Both the position numbers and the translations under genes were made by a program. A stretch of 39,084 nucleotides of DNA from Candidatus Vogelbacteria bacterium (GTDB lineage Bacteria; Patescibacteriota; Minisyncoccia; Phycocordibacterales; JACOZG01), in assembly GCA_016181465.1 (NCBI GenBank), contig JACOZG010000001.1:1-39084 (forward strand), given 5' to 3'. The notes beneath the pieces are model-generated. The model was not told the DNA's origin, did no database searches, and saw only the letters and a list, made by a program, of their open reading frames with translations. Below are positions 35,275 through 39,084 of this stretch, in pieces; positions within the stretch are counted from its first letter, which is position 1; each line of letters begins with the position of its first letter.

Positions 35275-36915
35275 TTACACCTCCACAATAAACCTCGACC
35301 CCTTCCCCGCCCCTTCGCTCTCGGCCCAAATTTTGCCGTTGTGCGCTTCCACAATTTGCTTGGCCACATAGAGCCCGAGGCCGGTGCCCTGGATATTGAT
35401 TTTGCCGGCGCCGTCGGCGCGGATAAATTTTTGAAAAAGTTTTGGCATCACGCCAGCCGGAATGCCAACACCCGAGTCAACCACGGTTAAACGAACCTTT
35501 CCATCTTTACGTTCCAGCGCCACATTGATCCAGCCTGCGAGCGTGTATTTAACCGCGTTGTCAATCAAATTGCCAACAACTTGCGCCAATTTCCCCGGGT
35601 CGCCGGTAAATTTGTAATCCGTGTCCGGCGCCGGCCCGAAACTAAATTGCAAACCGCGCTTCTCAATGCTCGGCCGCAGTTCAGTCACCACTTTATTAAC
35701 CATCTCTCGAAAATCAAATTCCTGTTTTTCATACTTCATCGTGCCGAGTTCAATCCGGCTAATGTCGAGGAAATCTTCAATCACCTGAACCAACTTCTGA
35801 CTGGATTGAAAGATAATATCAATCGCCTCACGGGCTTTCTCCTCAACCGGGCCGAACGAATTTTCCAGAATCATTGAAGTATAACCCTTGATGGCGGTGA
35901 GTGGCGCGCGCAGTTGATGCGTCGCCATGGACACAAACTCGGTTTTCATCTTATCCAACTCCTGCAATTTCTCGTTAGCCACCCACAATTTGTCGTTAGC
36001 GTGCCCTAACTCGCGCATCAGTCCCTCAATCTTCTCCCGTTGATTGACCTCCTTTTTGACCGAGCGGATGAGAAAGATGCCGGCGACCACCACTAACGCT
36101 AGAGTCAAACCGTTAACTAACCAATCAGTGAGCGTCTTGGACAGTAAAGTCGGAATCAGAATCACGAGCCACAAGGCAAAAACCAAAAGTTGGGTGGCAA
36201 TAACTTTGATGTTAAAAAGATGATGGCGAGTAATGGCGTAGGCGGTAATTCCAAGAAACAGAAGTACATAAAGTGGGGTAAGTGGTACAAAAAAGGTTGA
36301 TCCTAAAATTATTATTGGCAACAAAACAGTAAACACAATTAATAGAAACAACGCGGATAGCGCAAAAAAGACTAGTTTGATTTGGTTCTTTTGATTTGGT
36401 TCATTGAAACGATATGTTTTTCGTAATAATTCAACAACTGCCGAAACACTAAAAAAAGTTGACAATATGGTAAATGGGATAATACCCCAACCTGTTTCGA
36501 TTCCGGCCAATCCTTTTTCTACATCTACATCCTTGAAAGAAAAAGGTGATAAATTAATTAAAATTACAACGAATGTTACTAGATACAGTGTGTTTAAGAT
36601 TTTCCTAGAAATAAACGGGCGATTTTCCGGTATGACTTTTGCTAAAAGCAAGAAACCTAAACTCATTAAGATGGCAAAACTTATACTGGAACGAGCAAGT
36701 ATCAAAAATAGATTTTTATTTTCCAAAACTGTTGGCAAGAAAGCAGTGTAATTAGCACCTAACCAAAGTATTATGCTTAACCCCAAAAAAGAAAAAGCTC
36801 TGTTGCTATGAGATTTTCTATTTGAAAAAAAAACCCCTATAACCAGGATTAAACTTAATAATTGACTTATTAAGAAAATAAGAGAAAGAAGGGGGGTAAA
36901 AATTACCTCTATCAT
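35275..36915 (-). CDS. Sensor histidine kinase with multi-TM (HisKA_7TM-like) input domain
   Basis: Many TM helices, H box ATHQLRAPLT, NLIDNAVKYT, DSGVGI and GTGLGL. Confidence 0.95.
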   Translation of the reverse strand: MIEVIFTPLLSLIFLISQLLSLILVIGVFFSNRKSHSNRAFSFLGLSIILWLGANYTAFLPTVLENKNLFLILARSSISFAILMSLGFLLLAKVIPENRPFISRKILNTLYLVTFVVILINLSPFSFKDVDVEKGLAGIETGWGIIPFTILSTFFSVSAVVELLRKTYRFNEPNQKNQIKLVFFALSALFLLIVFTVLLPIIILGSTFFVPLTPLYVLLFLGITAYAITRHHLFNIKVIATQLLVFALWLVILIPTLLSKTLTDWLVNGLTLALVVVAGIFLIRSVKKEVNQREKIEGLMRELGHANDKLWVANEKLQELDKMKTEFVSMATHQLRAPLTAIKGYTSMILENSFGPVEEKAREAIDIIFQSSQKLVQVIEDFLDISRIELGTMKYEKQEFDFREMVNKVVTELRPSIEKRGLQFSFGPAPDTDYKFTGDPGKLAQVVGNLIDNAVKYTLAGWINVALERKDGKVRLTVVDSGVGIPAGVMPKLFQKFIRADGAGKINIQGTGLGLYVAKQIVEAHNGKIWAESEGAGKGSRFIVEV

Positions 36916-36921
36916 CGACTT

Positions 36922-38466
36922 TTAAAATTTAAATTCTTCTTTTCGTATTAATTCAATCACGCTTTCTATATCTACACGCATATTTCTATCTTTTTCCAAA
37001 AATGCCACTTGTTTTCTAATAAGCGCATGCACTTTTTGAGAAACTTTGCTCGTCTTTCCAATCCCCCGAATTTCCAATGCCTGTGTAGCCGACAAAAAAA
37101 CAATGGCAGTGAGCCGTTCTAAATTTTTTACAGCCTCGTAAAAATCAATAGCCGCGTGTGTTCCCAAACTATTAACATCTTGATTATCTCCTTCAGTTGG
37201 TATCATAAAATTTTGTTGTGAGTGCGCTAATTTTCTATTTTGAACCGCGAGTGCGGCTGAGAGTATTTGTATAGACTTGAAACCGTGATGGGTATTTTCT
37301 TCTATCACTAAATTATCCGGCAGGCCGCCACTTTTTCGAGAATTGTACAAATTAGCTAATATTGCATGAATCCAAGACGATGCTTGTGCTATATCAATTT
37401 TCATTATGTCCGCCGCTTCTGTAATGTAATAGCCCATAAAATTTGCAGTGTGGTAAATAGTGGATTGTTCATCAAATATAGGATTATCATTTGCTGAATT
37501 CATTTCATCCTCTATCCACTTAGTGGCTGTCTGCAAATTTTCATAAAAGGGACCGAAACCGTGAGCTAATGCTCGTAATGAATAATAATCCTGAAGACCT
37601 ATCCCTTTATTTAGAGCTTTTTTATTATTGGTTCTAATTAAACTACTGCCTGCCCATTGATCTCTAACGAAACCAGCCACCTTTTTTTGTCCATCGTGAT
37701 GTTTCTGAAGGTGGACGAATGGTTTATACCCATCATCGTAAATACGCAGAGATTCTAGGGTCATAGCAATACCGCGGAGGAGTTGAGGGAAAATTATTTT
37801 TAAATCATGCATTGCTAAAGAAGAAATCGCCGTCATAAAAGAAGTGCCATTCATCAAGGCCAATCCATCTCTTGACTCGATACTCATTAACTTAATACTG
37901 AATTTTTTAAAAATATCATGTGTCTTTTTCTTTTCATTACCCAATAGCGCGTATTCACTAAAACCAAATAAAACAGAGGCAATGGCTGATAATGGTATTA
38001 AATCGCCACTGGCGCCTATTGAACCATAACGATAAATAATGGGGTGAATATGGTAGTTGAGAAATTTTACAAGCATATCTATAATTTCTGGCCTCACGCC
38101 GGAACAACCACGAGCTAGACTGTTAGCCCTCAAAAGCATGGTTGCTCGTATTACATCTATTGATACAATATCACCCAAACCACATTCAAAAGATTTAATG
38201 AGGTTTTCTTGTCTTTCTCTGATAGATTGTCGATATATCTTATCTTCGGCCCCTAGTTTGTTATCAAAGATATGTCCCTGGCTACCAAACTGTGTAGATA
38301 AACCATAAATAGGTATCCTTTTCACTTGCAATTGTTCTAGAATTTTATAAGATCTTTCTGCTAATTTCTTATCCTTAAACAGAACACTGGCCATATTACG
38401 GGCTACCTCATGACACTCATCGAGTTTTAGATATTTTTTACCATCTATGATTATTGACTTCTTCAT
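36922..38466 (-). CDS. Aromatic amino acid ammonia-lyase (HAL/PAL/TAL family)
   Basis: IYGLSTQFG, GSIGASGDL (MIO motif), NGTS, QDYYSLR, NDNP and NQDVNS. Confidence 0.93.
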   Translation of the reverse strand: MKKSIIIDGKKYLKLDECHEVARNMASVLFKDKKLAERSYKILEQLQVKRIPIYGLSTQFGSQGHIFDNKLGAEDKIYRQSIRERQENLIKSFECGLGDIVSIDVIRATMLLRANSLARGCSGVRPEIIDMLVKFLNYHIHPIIYRYGSIGASGDLIPLSAIASVLFGFSEYALLGNEKKKTHDIFKKFSIKLMSIESRDGLALMNGTSFMTAISSLAMHDLKIIFPQLLRGIAMTLESLRIYDDGYKPFVHLQKHHDGQKKVAGFVRDQWAGSSLIRTNNKKALNKGIGLQDYYSLRALAHGFGPFYENLQTATKWIEDEMNSANDNPIFDEQSTIYHTANFMGYYITEAADIMKIDIAQASSWIHAILANLYNSRKSGGLPDNLVIEENTHHGFKSIQILSAALAVQNRKLAHSQQNFMIPTEGDNQDVNSLGTHAAIDFYEAVKNLERLTAIVFLSATQALEIRGIGKTSKVSQKVHALIRKQVAFLEKDRNMRVDIESVIELIRKEEFKF

Positions 38467-38473
38467 ATTTTAT

Positions 38474-39084
38474 TTAACTAATTTTACCCAGAAACATTCT
38501 CGGTTTTTTACCGGCAATTTGAATCATTGATTTTTTTCTTACTTGAAACATTGTTGGATTTTGAAATTCAAATAAAAGAATGTTGGGCTCCACTATTTCT
38601 CCGTAGGTCCCATGTAACTTCCGAAATTCTGAACTAAAGTTAAGCAAATTCTTAGTGATAGATTTTTTGATTATTAGCTTGTTCCTCTCTGTAATACTGA
38701 TACCTTTAGCAAGTTCAACCCTTATGAATAACTTTTGTTTTTTTAACTCACCTTCAGTGTAAGTTACGTAGGCGCCTGTTACTAAATTTATTGTATTATC
38801 GGTTTTTAAACCACCATAAATATATTTAGGAAAAATATTTATTGCATAAAATAAAATCATTACATCTAATCTACCAGTTAAAATTAGAAGTGGTTGTTGA
38901 GTTTGTTTAGTTACTAAAGGCATAGTTTTTGCGTATAGCCTATTTTTCCCGAAAAGGTTTTTCAATTCAGTGAAAGAAAAAACGCGCCCAGTATCTTTTA
39001 TGCCATATCGCACAAGCGGTATACCACCGTTAGTGGTTAGTAGAAGTTCTGACTTTTGCTCTTCAAAATAAATTATAGATGGAT
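38474..39084 (-). CDS. Phenylacetate-CoA ligase-like adenylating enzyme, C-terminal part (runs off the window)
   Basis: The frame is open to the window edge: YFEE..ELLLTT..GIPLVRYGIKDTG, then LTGRLD, INIFP and a terminal GKKPR. Confidence 0.75.
   Translation of the reverse strand, partial: PSIIYFEEQKSELLLTTNGGIPLVRYGIKDTGRVFSFTELKNLFGKNRLYAKTMPLVTKQTQQPLLILTGRLDVMILFYAINIFPKYIYGGLKTDNTINLVTGAYVTYTEGELKKQKLFIRVELAKGISITERNKLIIKKSITKNLLNFSSEFRKLHGTYGEIVEPNILLFEFQNPTMFQVRKKSMIQIAGKKPRMFLGKIS

Noticed and set aside
7329-36751. Numerous antisense or alternate-frame ORFs inside core genes
   Set aside because: Shadow ORFs of well-supported genes, lacking motifs or initiation signals.

Overview
This 39-kb window looks like a chromosome segment from a Patescibacteria/CPR bacterium, probably Parcubacteria. 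The inference rests on compact, often leaderless core genes, truncated aminoacyl-tRNA synthetases, the presence of rplI, and short intergenic palindromes; genetic code 11 fits. The housekeeping backbone is recR, rplU, dnaB, cysS, corA, an S41 protease, rplI, rpmA, an M23 peptidase, gltX, murG, ftsW, mraY, a dac gene, scpAB, aspS and trpS. Accessory units interrupt it: (1) a Cys-rich membrane-protein and SufS-like operon downstream of tRNA-Glu and a divergent tRNA-Glu fragment; (2) a PaaX/Cas2-like gene between two hybrid palindromes whose recombined form occurs exactly 7 kb away; (3) an AT-rich operon of a LexA-like repressor, fused restriction-methylase, ClpP-like protease, RnlA-like HEPN protein and specificity subunit; (4) several stand-alone orphan transcription units, some with Planctomycete-type signatures (PEP-CTERM, CxxC-DLRAT-RCPECG); (5) hicBA; (6) an AT-rich CoA ligase, aromatic ammonia-lyase and multi-TM histidine kinase module. 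Several genes show abrupt deletion or frameshift junctions that may be real or assembly artefacts. All family calls come from reading motifs; no database searches were run.
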